Assembly: GCA_016719565.1 (NCBI GenBank)
Contig: JADJYU010000010.1
Location: forward strand, 78,400 to 142,399
DNA from: Ignavibacteria bacterium
GTDB lineage: Bacteria; Bacteroidota; Ignavibacteria; Tepidaquicellales; Tepidaquicellaceae
DNA: 64,000 bases
Reading direction: 5' to 3'
Made by a program: the position numbers and the translations under genes. Position 1 is the stretch's first letter. Each line of letters opens with the position of its first letter. A model generated the notes under the pieces. The model was not told the origin of the DNA. It was given only the letters and a program-made list of their open reading frames with translations, and made no database searches. Shown here piece after piece: positions 26,033-35,416 of the stretch.

Positions 26033-27586
26033 TTGAATAATATTTTATCTATTCTGATATTTTTACCGGTGCTGCTTTCCATACCAATTCTGTTTTTCAA
26101 AAAAGAAAATGAAACACTTATCAAGAGTTACGCTTTTATAATTTCACTCTTGCCTCTGGGTATCGCCACTTATCTTTTCTTTGCATTCAATCCGGCAAAT
26201 CCTGAATATCAGTTCGTAGAGAAGTTCCAGTGGATAAGTATTTCTAATACGTTTTATTTCCTTGGAATAGACGGAATATCCATGTTACTTATTCTGATGT
26301 CCGCATTTATTTTTCCTCTGAGCATTCTTGCCTCATGGACATCAATAAAGAAAAATATAAAGCAATTTTATTTTCTGATACTGCTTCTGGACGCGGGACT
26401 TATAGGTGTGTTTTCATCTCTTGATCTGATCCTGTTTTATATCTTCTGGGAGTTCATATTAATCCCGATGTACTTTATGATAGGATTCTGGGGAGCTGAG
26501 GACAGGATATACGCAACTGTAAAGTTTTTTCTCTATACAATGTTCGGAAGTCTTCTGATGCTTATTGGAATTATCTGGCTCGGATTTCAGTGTCAGCCGC
26601 TTTTGGGTCAATTCACTACTGATCTGACATTGCTTACGAGCGCATCTTACGCTCTTGATCTGAGTATTCAGATATATCTTTTCATTTTATTCACATTAAG
26701 TTTTTTAATAAAAGTCCCTTTATTTCCTTTTCATACATGGCTGCCGGATGCTCACGTACAGGCTCCTACAGCAGGAAGCGTAATTCTTGCAGCGGTTCTT
26801 TTAAAAATGGGAACTTACGGATTATTAAGATTTTCTCTGCCGCTTTTCCCGGCGGCATTTGTTGAGCTTACTCCTTATATCGCAACTCTTGCAGTGATTG
26901 GAATAGTTTACGGAGCACTGCTTTCAATTGTACAAAAAGATATAAAAAAGCTTGTAGCATATTCATCAGTATCTCACCTTGGATTCATTGTACTCGGAAC
27001 GTTCGCTCTTACTGACGTTGCTCTTCAGGGCAGTATTATTCAAATGATAAATCACGGACTTTCCACCGGAGCTTTGTTTATGATAGTCGGAGTGCTGTAT
27101 GAGAGAAGACATACAAAAAAGATAGCTGACTTCGGAGGAATTATGAAAGTGATGCCGGTTTTTTCGGTTATATTCATGATAGTTCTATTTTCATCCGTTG
27201 GATTACCGGGACTTAACGGATTTGTCGGAGAGTTTTTAATTCTGCTGGGTTCATTTTATTCTTCCAATCTGGGAACAAATTTATATGCAATTGTTTCCAC
27301 AACTGCAGTTATACTTGCAGCGATTTATCTGCTCTGGATGTTTCAGAGAGTAATGCTTGGTCCAATTGATAAGGAAGAAAACAAAAACCTTCCCGATCTG
27401 ACGAAAAGAGAACTGATCTCATTTCTTCCGATAATTGTATTCATAGTCTGGATCGGTGTTCATCCAAATACATTTCTTTCGAAAACAGAAACAAGCGTGA
27501 AAAAGATAATAGAGAATTTTCATGCATCACAGAAAAATTTCGGGAAAGGTAATCAGGAGCTTAAAGATCTTACAAAGAACAGGTAA
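26033..27586 (+). CDS. nuoM: NADH-quinone oxidoreductase chain M-like proton-pumping subunit (orphan)
   Basis: 517 aa, about 14 TM segments. FPFHTWLPDAHVQAPTAGSVILAAVLLKMGTYGLLRF and AYSSVSHLGF are hallmarks of the NuoM/ND4 family. No other nuo genes in the window. Confidence 0.8.
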   Translation: MNNILSILIFLPVLLSIPILFFKKENETLIKSYAFIISLLPLGIATYLFFAFNPANPEYQFVEKFQWISISNTFYFLGIDGISMLLILMSAFIFPLSILASWTSIKKNIKQFYFLILLLDAGLIGVFSSLDLILFYIFWEFILIPMYFMIGFWGAEDRIYATVKFFLYTMFGSLLMLIGIIWLGFQCQPLLGQFTTDLTLLTSASYALDLSIQIYLFILFTLSFLIKVPLFPFHTWLPDAHVQAPTAGSVILAAVLLKMGTYGLLRFSLPLFPAAFVELTPYIATLAVIGIVYGALLSIVQKDIKKLVAYSSVSHLGFIVLGTFALTDVALQGSIIQMINHGLSTGALFMIVGVLYERRHTKKIADFGGIMKVMPVFSVIFMIVLFSSVGLPGLNGFVGEFLILLGSFYSSNLGTNLYAIVSTTAVILAAIYLLWMFQRVMLGPIDKEENKNLPDLTKRELISFLPIIVFIVWIGVHPNTFLSKTETSVKKIIENFHASQKNFGKGNQELKDLTKNR

Positions 27587-27607
27587 ATAATTTTAAATTC
27601 TTTCATA

Positions 27608-27641
27608 ACCCTTACCGCAGTTATCCGGTAAGGGTTTTTTT
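27608..27641 (+). terminator. Rho-independent terminator
   Basis: ACCCTTACCGcagttatCCGGTAAGGGT hairpin followed by a T7 run, about 20 nt after the nuoM stop. Confidence 0.8.
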
Positions 27642-27702
27642 GTTAAAGGAATTATAAAGAATTATATGTTTCCAATTTGATAATTGAGATTAAAAGAGAA
27701 AA

Positions 27703-29002
27703 GTGAAAAGAAAAAATAATATCGGAAGAAATTCTCTGATAGTTTCTGTTGCAGGTCTTGTGATAACAGAAATTTTGCTATATACAGGAAATGTCAGCGG
27801 AAGTTACTGGAAGATCATTGAGCTTGGATTTGAAGCTGCAACGGTAGGCGGACTCGCCGACTGGTTTGCCAGTCAGCGCTTTATTCAGAGAAATTCCAAT
27901 ACCGGTCCCGTTTATAAAAAAGCATACAAACATTATTGTAAAAAACAGAATAAAGCTTACCGCAGGAGCATTAGAATTAGTAACCAAAAACTGGCTTTCT
28001 TCCGAAAGTCTGAAAAGTAAAATTAATGAAATTACTTTCACAAAGGAAATCATAAAATATTTTACTGAAGACAATTCATCATCTAAACTATTTGCCATAG
28101 ACCTTATCCGCGAAATTCTGAAAAAATTTACTGAACTGCTTGACAGTCCCGGTATACTTCAGTTCTTAAAAAAGATAGCTGATGATCAGATCAGAAATCT
28201 GGAACTTTCAAAACCACTTGGGAAATGGATAAAGAAATCATTAGAAGAAGGAAAACAAAATCAGATCTGGGAGCTCTTATTTAAAAATGTCAGAATTGTA
28301 ATTAATAAACCGGATACAAAGGATTTATTAAAAAAGCAGCTCAATAAATTCATTAAGGAATATAAAGATGCAGGAATAATGAAAAAATTCTTTATTTCAA
28401 TTGCTGTAAAATTCAATGGACTGGATGAAGATCTGTTAGTTGACAGATTATTAAATGCAGTTAATGAATTTCTTGATGAAGCGGAAAACAATCCGGAACA
28501 CGAATTAAGAATAAAACTAAATAATGTAATCATTGAATTTGCAGACGGACTGATTGAAAATAAAGAATCCTCCGTAAGTGTTATAGATAAATTAAAAGAG
28601 AGTATATTATCTAATCCCGATGTTGAAGTGCTGGTACGAAACGCATTTTCAAATTTAAAGGAGACAATTTTAAGTCAGCTGGAAAATAACGATACACCGC
28701 TGATGAAAGCAATTGAATCAAAATTAAATCTGCTGCTTGCTCAGGTCAGTGAGTCTGAACCGACACAGCATGATATAGACGAATGGATCAGAAAAACACT
28801 GTCTGAACTCATTGACAAATATCATCACAAAATAGGGGAGCTGGTAATAGAGAGCATGAATAAATTCGATGACAAAGAATTAGTTAAACAAATTGAAGAT
28901 AAAGTCGGCGATGATCTGCAGTACATCAGATTGAACGGCGCATTAGTGGGCGGCGCAGCCGGAATAATGATAGGTGTTATTAAATTTTTAATGTTAAATT
29001 AA
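27703..29002 (+). pseudogene. DUF445-family membrane protein, split by a single-base frameshift
   Basis: ORF 27703-28020 ends its homologous part at ...EAATVGGLADWFA. ORF 27866-29002 continues (L)PVSALFREIPIPVPFIKKHTNIIVKNR. Skipping one base near 27868-27872 restores GGLADWFAVSALFR, the DUF445 signature. Confidence 0.7.
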
Positions 29003-29115
29003 AAATATCACTACAAGGTTTTATTGAAGTAATTTAGCTTTAGAAAAAATAATAGTCCTAAATAATTTTGAAGACGTTACATTTTTTCTGTAATTTAAAA
29101 AATTGAATAATGAAC

Positions 29116-29736
29116 TTACTCTATTATATTTATTTTCACGTCATGAAAGATCCATGTTCCGGTCATATCAACAGGTTTTACAGTTATCAGCGCACCGCCT
29201 GAGACTTCACTGACATTAGGGAAATAAAGGTCAATTTTGGGAGTTGAGTTTACCGGGAAATATCCATACAAGCCCTGAGCCATTGAACTTCTGACTTCAT
29301 AGCTGCCTGCATTATCATAGGAGTAACCATTCAGTCTGATTTCAGCTGTGAGCTTTTGATCAGCTGAAAGTCCGGCGATCCAAATTTCTAATTTTCCGGG
29401 ACCAACATTTTCATCAGGGTAACTAAAAAAGGAAATACTGGGATTTTCAGGAAATACAGAATGACAGTCGATGGCATTAATATGTCCTTTACCATTCACG
29501 AAAGAATTTTTTGCCGAGAGTAAAAGATAAGGAGAGACATATTTAATTTTAATGTTTCCGTATCTTGATAATTTGGTTTTGATCGTACTTACAGAATCAA
29601 ATTCTCCGGCATGTCTCTTACTTTCTTCAGAAATCTGATGGCTTAACTTGTGATCTTTTGAAGAATGCAGCGCTATCATGGATCTCAATGGAGGTGTTTT
29701 AATTTTAGCAGATAATTTTTCTGAAGTTTTTTTCAT
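29116..29736 (-). CDS. Hypothetical protein
   Basis: 206-aa ORF, the only long ORF here, isolated on the minus strand. No signal peptide or motif that I recognise. Confidence 0.45.
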   Translation of the reverse strand: MKKTSEKLSAKIKTPPLRSMIALHSSKDHKLSHQISEESKRHAGEFDSVSTIKTKLSRYGNIKIKYVSPYLLLSAKNSFVNGKGHINAIDCHSVFPENPSISFFSYPDENVGPGKLEIWIAGLSADQKLTAEIRLNGYSYDNAGSYEVRSSMAQGLYGYFPVNSTPKIDLYFPNVSEVSGGALITVKPVDMTGTWIFHDVKINIIE

Positions 29737-29997
29737 TTTAAATAAATTAATTTTTTGAAAAGTTAGTATGTGTTATTGAAATTAGCAAGAAATTATAAAG
29801 CTGAATTTGAATAAATTAAATTTAATCAGAAATAAATTAAAATAAAATCTCTGAATGCAAAATGATTCAAAAAATAAAAGGTTTTCAGAAATAGTAATTT
29901 GAACTTTTGTATACTAAATTAAATATTAATTGGATATTAGAAAACAAATTGCTTATTTTACATAAATTTTTTTTAAACGTTTAACGATCTTTATAAA

Positions 29998-31386
29998 ATG
30001 AAAAAATACTTTCTAAGTATTTTTGCAATATTATTTATTGCAAATCTTTCCTACTCTCAGTTACCAAATCAAAATACATATCTTTTAGCTAATGTCGATG
30101 ATTATACAAGCTACTCAGCACTCTGGGGATACAGAGCGCCGGACGGCAGGGAATACGCTATACTCGGATGTCAGAACGGGACGTCATTCATTGATATAAC
30201 TGATTCAGCGAACATTGGAGAAGTGGACTTTGTCACCGGAGTAAACAGCAGCTGGAGAGAAATGAAGGCCTTTTCACATTATGCTTACGTTGTAGCCGAG
30301 GGTACAAACAGCAGACTCCAGATGATTGATCTGCAGTATCTCCCGGATTCAGTTTCTTTAGTAACGACCTGGTCTTATCCCGGATATACTAAGACGCATT
30401 CCATACAACAGGACGGAAATTACTTATTCTTAAACGGAGGAAATGCAGCCGGCTCTATCGGCGGTGTAGCCGTTATAGATCTTTCAAACCCGATTGTTCC
30501 TGTTAAGCTCGGTGAATGGACAACTGAATATGTTCACGACTGCAGAGTACTTAATGACACAATCTGGGCTTCAAATATTTATTCCGGAAAAGTTTCAATA
30601 ATAAATGCAACAAATAAAAGTAGCCTGCAGTTTATCAGAAATTTTCAGGCATATCCTCAGCCTGTAGTCTCAACCCATAACAGCGCATTCACAACAGACA
30701 GAAAGTATATATATACAACGAATGAAATTTCATCGCCAAACGGAAAATTGAATATATGGAATATAGAGGACATAAATAACATTACTTTTGAAAGAGAATG
30801 GACTCCGACGGGTATAACCACAGCGATCGTACATAATGTAGAAATTTATGGAAACCTTGCAGTGATAGCTCATTACAGAGCAGGTATAAGAATTCTTGAT
30901 ATCACAAACGGAAGTAATCCTGTGGAAGTAGCATGGTATGACACATATCCGGCAAGTAACAGCGCAAGTTACAGCGGTACCTGGGGAGTATATATGTTTC
31001 CATCAGGTAAAATTATCGGATCAGACATGGGCACCGGACTTTATGTAATAAAGACAATGAATATAATTACCGGTATATCAAATACTAATTTAGCAGCAAA
31101 TCCTGAAAAATTCACATTAAGCCAGAATTATCCGAATCCTTTTAATCCTTCTACTACAATTAAGTTCGACATAAAAGAATACTCAGATATAAAACTTAGT
31201 TTATATGATATAAGAGGAAACAGAATTGCTGAATTAATAAATGACAAAAGGGATGCAGGAACATATGAGTACATTATGGATGCATCCAAATATAATCTTT
31301 CCAGCGGAACGTATTTTTACAAACTCGAAGGACAAAATATTAAAGGAATGTTTTCAGATACAAAAAAAATGTTTTTAATTAAATAA
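29998..31386 (+). CDS. LVIVD-repeat / choice-of-anchor-B-like protein with T9SS CTD (paralog 2)
   Basis: 462 aa with a signal peptide. Collinear with 8514-9860 (YAYVVAEGTNSRLQMIDLQYLPDS, GIRILDITNGSNP). Ends with QNYPNPFNPSTTIKF...GTYFYKL...MFLIK. Confidence 0.7.
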   Translation: MKKYFLSIFAILFIANLSYSQLPNQNTYLLANVDDYTSYSALWGYRAPDGREYAILGCQNGTSFIDITDSANIGEVDFVTGVNSSWREMKAFSHYAYVVAEGTNSRLQMIDLQYLPDSVSLVTTWSYPGYTKTHSIQQDGNYLFLNGGNAAGSIGGVAVIDLSNPIVPVKLGEWTTEYVHDCRVLNDTIWASNIYSGKVSIINATNKSSLQFIRNFQAYPQPVVSTHNSAFTTDRKYIYTTNEISSPNGKLNIWNIEDINNITFEREWTPTGITTAIVHNVEIYGNLAVIAHYRAGIRILDITNGSNPVEVAWYDTYPASNSASYSGTWGVYMFPSGKIIGSDMGTGLYVIKTMNIITGISNTNLAANPEKFTLSQNYPNPFNPSTTIKFDIKEYSDIKLSLYDIRGNRIAELINDKRDAGTYEYIMDASKYNLSSGTYFYKLEGQNIKGMFSDTKKMFLIK

Positions 31387-31402
31387 AACTCCAAATATAT
31401 AA

Positions 31403-32788
31403 ATGAAAAAAGTATCAGTTCTTATTATACTTACAATTGTTTTAGTATTAACTAACTATTCATATTCGCAATTACCAAATCAAGGTACTTATCTTTTAAA
31501 AAATCTTAATCAGCATACTCTGAATAATTATTTATATTCAGCAATATGGGGATATGTAGCGCCAAACGGCAGGGAATATGCTATACTTGGCTGTCCAACC
31601 GGCACGGCATTTATAGATATTACTGATTCAGCAAATATACGTGAAGTGGATTATGTAACAGGTCCGAATAATAACTGGAGAGAAATGAAAACTTATTCTC
31701 ACTATGCGTATGTAGTTTCAGAAGCAAATAACAGCAGACTTCAGATAATAGATCTGCAGTATCTGCCGGATTCGGTGAGTCTTGTAAAGACATGGTTTTA
31801 TACGGGCTATTCAAGAACTCATTCTATATCCCAGTCCGGACATTATCTTTACCTTAACGGCGGAAATTCTGCTGCTAACGGCGGTATAACAATACTTGAT
31901 GTAATAGATCCTGAAAATCCTGTTAAACTTGGACAATGGACAAATCAATATGTTCATGACTGCAGAGTTGTAAATGATACCATCTATGCAGCAAATATCA
32001 ATGACGGTGAAGTTTCAATTATCAGCGCAACTAATAAAAATTCTCCTTCGACAGTCAGGACTTTTTCAAATCTTCCCGGATCAGGACCTCATAATACGGC
32101 ATTATCAGATGACGGAAAACGATTATTTGTAACAGATGAAATCGGCACTGCTCCTTACAGATTAAAGGTATGGAATATAGAAGATCTGAATAATATTACT
32201 TATGTTACCGCCTGGCAGCCGACCGGTATAACAAATTCCATAGTTCATAACATTGAAACATACGGAAACATAGCTATAGTGGCGCACTATTCTGCAGGAA
32301 TAAGAATTCTCAATATTTCAAATCCGGATGTACCTCAGGAAATAGCTTGGTATGATACATATCCTTCAAATAACAATGAATCATATAACGGATGCTGGGG
32401 AATTTATATGTTTCCTTCAGGAAAAATTGCTGCATCTGACAGACAAACAGGATTTTACTGTATAAAATCAAATTCACCTTTAACAGGAATTTCAGGTAAT
32501 ATTTCTGCAAGCATACCTGAGAATTTCATACTCGGTCAGAATTATCCGAATCCTTTTAATCCGTCAACAAAAATTAATTTTTCTATTCCCGAATATTCCA
32601 AAGCAAGTTTAAAAGTTTATGATATAAAAGGCAGAGAAGTCGCGCAGTTGTTTAATGATACAAGAGACGCCGGAAATTATGAAGTAAGTTTTGAGGCGGA
32701 CAGATACGGACTTTCAAGCGGAGTATATTTTTACAGTCTGACTACTCAGAATTTTTCTGAAACAAAAAAGATGACAGTTTTAAAATAA
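31403..32788 (+). CDS. LVIVD-repeat / choice-of-anchor-B-like protein with T9SS CTD (paralog 3, tandem)
   Basis: 461 aa, starting 16 nt after paralog 2. Same architecture, ending QNYPNPFNPSTKINF...GVYFYSL...MTVLK. Confidence 0.7.
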   Translation: MKKVSVLIILTIVLVLTNYSYSQLPNQGTYLLKNLNQHTLNNYLYSAIWGYVAPNGREYAILGCPTGTAFIDITDSANIREVDYVTGPNNNWREMKTYSHYAYVVSEANNSRLQIIDLQYLPDSVSLVKTWFYTGYSRTHSISQSGHYLYLNGGNSAANGGITILDVIDPENPVKLGQWTNQYVHDCRVVNDTIYAANINDGEVSIISATNKNSPSTVRTFSNLPGSGPHNTALSDDGKRLFVTDEIGTAPYRLKVWNIEDLNNITYVTAWQPTGITNSIVHNIETYGNIAIVAHYSAGIRILNISNPDVPQEIAWYDTYPSNNNESYNGCWGIYMFPSGKIAASDRQTGFYCIKSNSPLTGISGNISASIPENFILGQNYPNPFNPSTKINFSIPEYSKASLKVYDIKGREVAQLFNDTRDAGNYEVSFEADRYGLSSGVYFYSLTTQNFSETKKMTVLK

Positions 32789-32813
32789 AGCTTTATCAGG
32801 AAAATTATTTTAA

Positions 32814-32849
32814 AATCCCGGTGCATACTGTATCGGGATTTTTTTTTAT
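32814..32849 (+). terminator. Rho-independent terminator
   Basis: AATCCCGgtgcatactgtatCGGGATT hairpin followed by a T9 run. Confidence 0.75.
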
Positions 32850-33082
32850 AAAAAGGAAAGCTTAAATAATTAGAACGGAAAAAATTCTGAATAAAGGAAA
32901 GTTATGTTTCTAAATTTGAGATTTGGTATCAGACAAAGAACCATTAAAGTTTTGTATCGAAGCCGGTATATATTTCAGGTAAAAACCATTATCTCAAACC
33001 ATACATTTATAATACCTCAACTCCTCATAATTCTCAGCCAATCTCATTTACAATATTTACAATTCCCTTAATCTATATCTCT

Positions 33083-34069
33083 TCACACGGACATACAATC
33101 ATAAAGTAATCCATAAGACTTTTTCCTCTCTTCAAAATCAGAAGTGATGGTAACAATTGTGAGCTCATGTACCGCATATTTTTTTACAATCTCCTTCAAA
33201 TTTTTAGATACAATTTCAGCATCACCTATAACAGCAGACTTTCTCCTGTATTCAATGAGCATTTTTTCTTCGAATGTAAAATTATGATTGTCAGCTTTAG
33301 CCCGGTCAGGGAACGGAATGTTTTGTCCCCTTAGAAATGTCTGAGACAGCCAGTATTCGGAACACTTTGCTGACCTTACAGCTTCTGCATTTGATTCAGC
33401 GCATATAACAAATAAAGCAAGATTGAGATAAGGTTCTTTCAAGTATAAAGAAGGTTTGAAATTCTGATAATAATTCTGAAAACATTGGAGCATATGCTCG
33501 TCATTTATAAAACTACCGAATGTATATGCCAGTCCGTTTTCTGCTGCATATATTGCGCTGTCAGGGCTTGTTCCAAGTATCCAAATTTCAGGCATTTTAA
33601 CTCCTGCCGGAACCGCGGTAACAATCCCGTCAGTTTTATTTTCAGAAGATCTTTTTAAATAATTTATTAGTTCAGTTGTCTTGGTGAATGAATCTTCATT
33701 TTTAGTCCTCATTGCTTTTATAATATTTACATCTCCGCCCGGGGCTCTGCCGATACCGAGATCAATTCTATCCGGATAAAGTGTCTGAAGCATATTAAAC
33801 TGCTCAGCAATTTTCAGGGGACTATAATGGCTGATCAGCACACCGCCCGAACCAATTCTGATATTATTTGTATTTGAAGCAAGCGCTGAGATTAGAATTT
33901 CAGGACTGGCTGAAGCAAATGACCTTGAGCTGTGGTGCTCAGCAACCCAGTATCGGTGATAGCCGAGTTCGTCTGCATACTTAGCGAGTTCAATAGTCTG
34001 CATAATTGCTTCGGACGGTGACATATCATCTATTACGGGAGACTGATCCAGAATATTTAATTTTATCAT
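33083..34069 (-). CDS. LLM-class flavin-dependent oxidoreductase (luciferase-like, YhbW-like)
   Basis: MIKLNILDQSPV...LGYHRYWVAEHH...GSGGVLISHYSPLKIAEQF..LYPDRIDLGIGRAPGGD. ATG at 34069 is preferred over the track's TTG at 34090. Confidence 0.85.
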   Translation of the reverse strand: MIKLNILDQSPVIDDMSPSEAIMQTIELAKYADELGYHRYWVAEHHSSRSFASASPEILISALASNTNNIRIGSGGVLISHYSPLKIAEQFNMLQTLYPDRIDLGIGRAPGGDVNIIKAMRTKNEDSFTKTTELINYLKRSSENKTDGIVTAVPAGVKMPEIWILGTSPDSAIYAAENGLAYTFGSFINDEHMLQCFQNYYQNFKPSLYLKEPYLNLALFVICAESNAEAVRSAKCSEYWLSQTFLRGQNIPFPDRAKADNHNFTFEEKMLIEYRRKSAVIGDAEIVSKNLKEIVKKYAVHELTIVTITSDFEERKKSYGLLYDCMSV

Positions 34070-34244
34070 TGGCAAAAATAGCTTATTCAAAAACTTCAGT
34101 ATACTTAGATTTTAATGCATATTTTTTACAATTATTTAAATCAGATAAACCTTCGGTATTGGTTTCCAAATCTCTTTACAATTTCTTAACATTGCATGCC
34201 ATCTATTATGTTTATTTTTGTATATCATAAATCTAAACTACATC

Positions 34245-35294
34245 ATGTATAAAATTATATATGTATTAATTCTCTCCCTGGCTATTATTTCCTGCGGTAA
34301 AAAAGAAGTATCAATGAATAAACCCGGCGGTCAGATCAACGGCGCAGGCGCTACTTTTCCTTACCCGATTTATTCTAAATGGTTTAATGAATATGCTAAA
34401 ATAAATAAAGATGCAAAAATAAATTATCAGTCGATCGGGAGCGGCGGCGGTGTGAAGCAAATAACGGAAGGGACAGTGGATTTCGGAGCTTCAGACAGTC
34501 CGATGAGTGATGACGAAATTCAAAAAGCGAATTCAAAAAACAATAATAAAATTATACATATCCCCACTGTGATCGGCTCAGTAGTAGTTACTTATAATCT
34601 TCCCGGAATTACAGAAAGTATAAATCTAACGGGTGAGATCGTTTCCAAAATTTATATGGGTGAAATAAAAAAATGGAATGACCCTAAGATCAAAGCGGAA
34701 AACCCGAATATTAATCTTCCTGATAAAGATATTATAGTATGCTCCAGAACTGACGGCAGCGGCACAACATTTGTATTTACTGATTACCTTGGAAAAGCTG
34801 ATCCGGAATGGAAAAGCAAAATAGGTGTTGCAAAAGATGTAAGATTTCCTGTCGGACAGGGAGGAAAGGGTAATGAAGGAGTCACAGGACTTGTGAAACA
34901 GCTTGAATATTCTATTGGATATGTTGAACTTGTATATGCGCTGCAGAATAAGCTGGAATATGCAAGAATAAAAAATGTCGAAGGCGAGTATATTTTACCG
35001 ACGCTGGAATCTCTGACAAATGCTGCTGACAATTCTATTACAGAAATGCCAAATGATATGAGGGTTTCTATTACAAATGCCGGAGGCAAAGGATCTTATC
35101 CGATATCAAGTTATACATATATTTTAATTTATGAAAATCAGCCGGATCCGAATAAAGGAAAGACGCTGAAAGAATTTCTGGAATGGGCTCTTACTACAGG
35201 AGAATCTTACGCTAAGGAACTCGGATATGCGCCGCTTCCGAAAAGCGCTACCGAAAAAGCGCTTACAGCTGTTAGAAATATTAAAGTCCAGTAA
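34245..35294 (+). CDS. pstS: Phosphate ABC transporter substrate-binding protein PstS
   Basis: Lipoprotein signal (LAIISCGK). GAGATFPYPIYSKW, YQSIGSGGG, GASDSPM and SRTDGSGTT motifs. ATG at 34245 is preferred over TTG at 34218. Confidence 0.9.
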   Translation: MYKIIYVLILSLAIISCGKKEVSMNKPGGQINGAGATFPYPIYSKWFNEYAKINKDAKINYQSIGSGGGVKQITEGTVDFGASDSPMSDDEIQKANSKNNNKIIHIPTVIGSVVVTYNLPGITESINLTGEIVSKIYMGEIKKWNDPKIKAENPNINLPDKDIIVCSRTDGSGTTFVFTDYLGKADPEWKSKIGVAKDVRFPVGQGGKGNEGVTGLVKQLEYSIGYVELVYALQNKLEYARIKNVEGEYILPTLESLTNAADNSITEMPNDMRVSITNAGGKGSYPISSYTYILIYENQPDPNKGKTLKEFLEWALTTGESYAKELGYAPLPKSATEKALTAVRNIKVQ

Positions 35295-35416
35295 TTTTAA
35301 AATTTTAAATTTTCTCTTACGGAAAAATCATCTGTTGAAATAAAAAGCAAAAAAAGCTCGGTGATATTTTTTTTGAAAATCTAACACTGATCTTTGCTTT
35401 AAGTATTATCGGTCTT

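Noticed and set aside
26033-27586. The orphan nuoM-like gene as the DabB component of a DAB CO2-uptake system.
   Set aside because: There is no DUF2309/DabA-type partner gene adjacent. The motifs look NuoM-like rather than NuoL-like.
34006-34230. ORF 34006-34230 (+) spanning the LLM-oxidoreductase start and the pstS upstream region.
   Set aside because: It overlaps the 5' end of the minus-strand gene and the promoter spacer, and it has no motifs. It is spurious.
34091-34244. A Pho-box upstream of pstS (two TTTACAATT copies about 50 bp apart).
   Set aside because: The spacing does not match the tandem 11-bp PhoB box arrangement. The motif is short and AT-rich, and the Pho-box consensus for this lineage is unknown to me.
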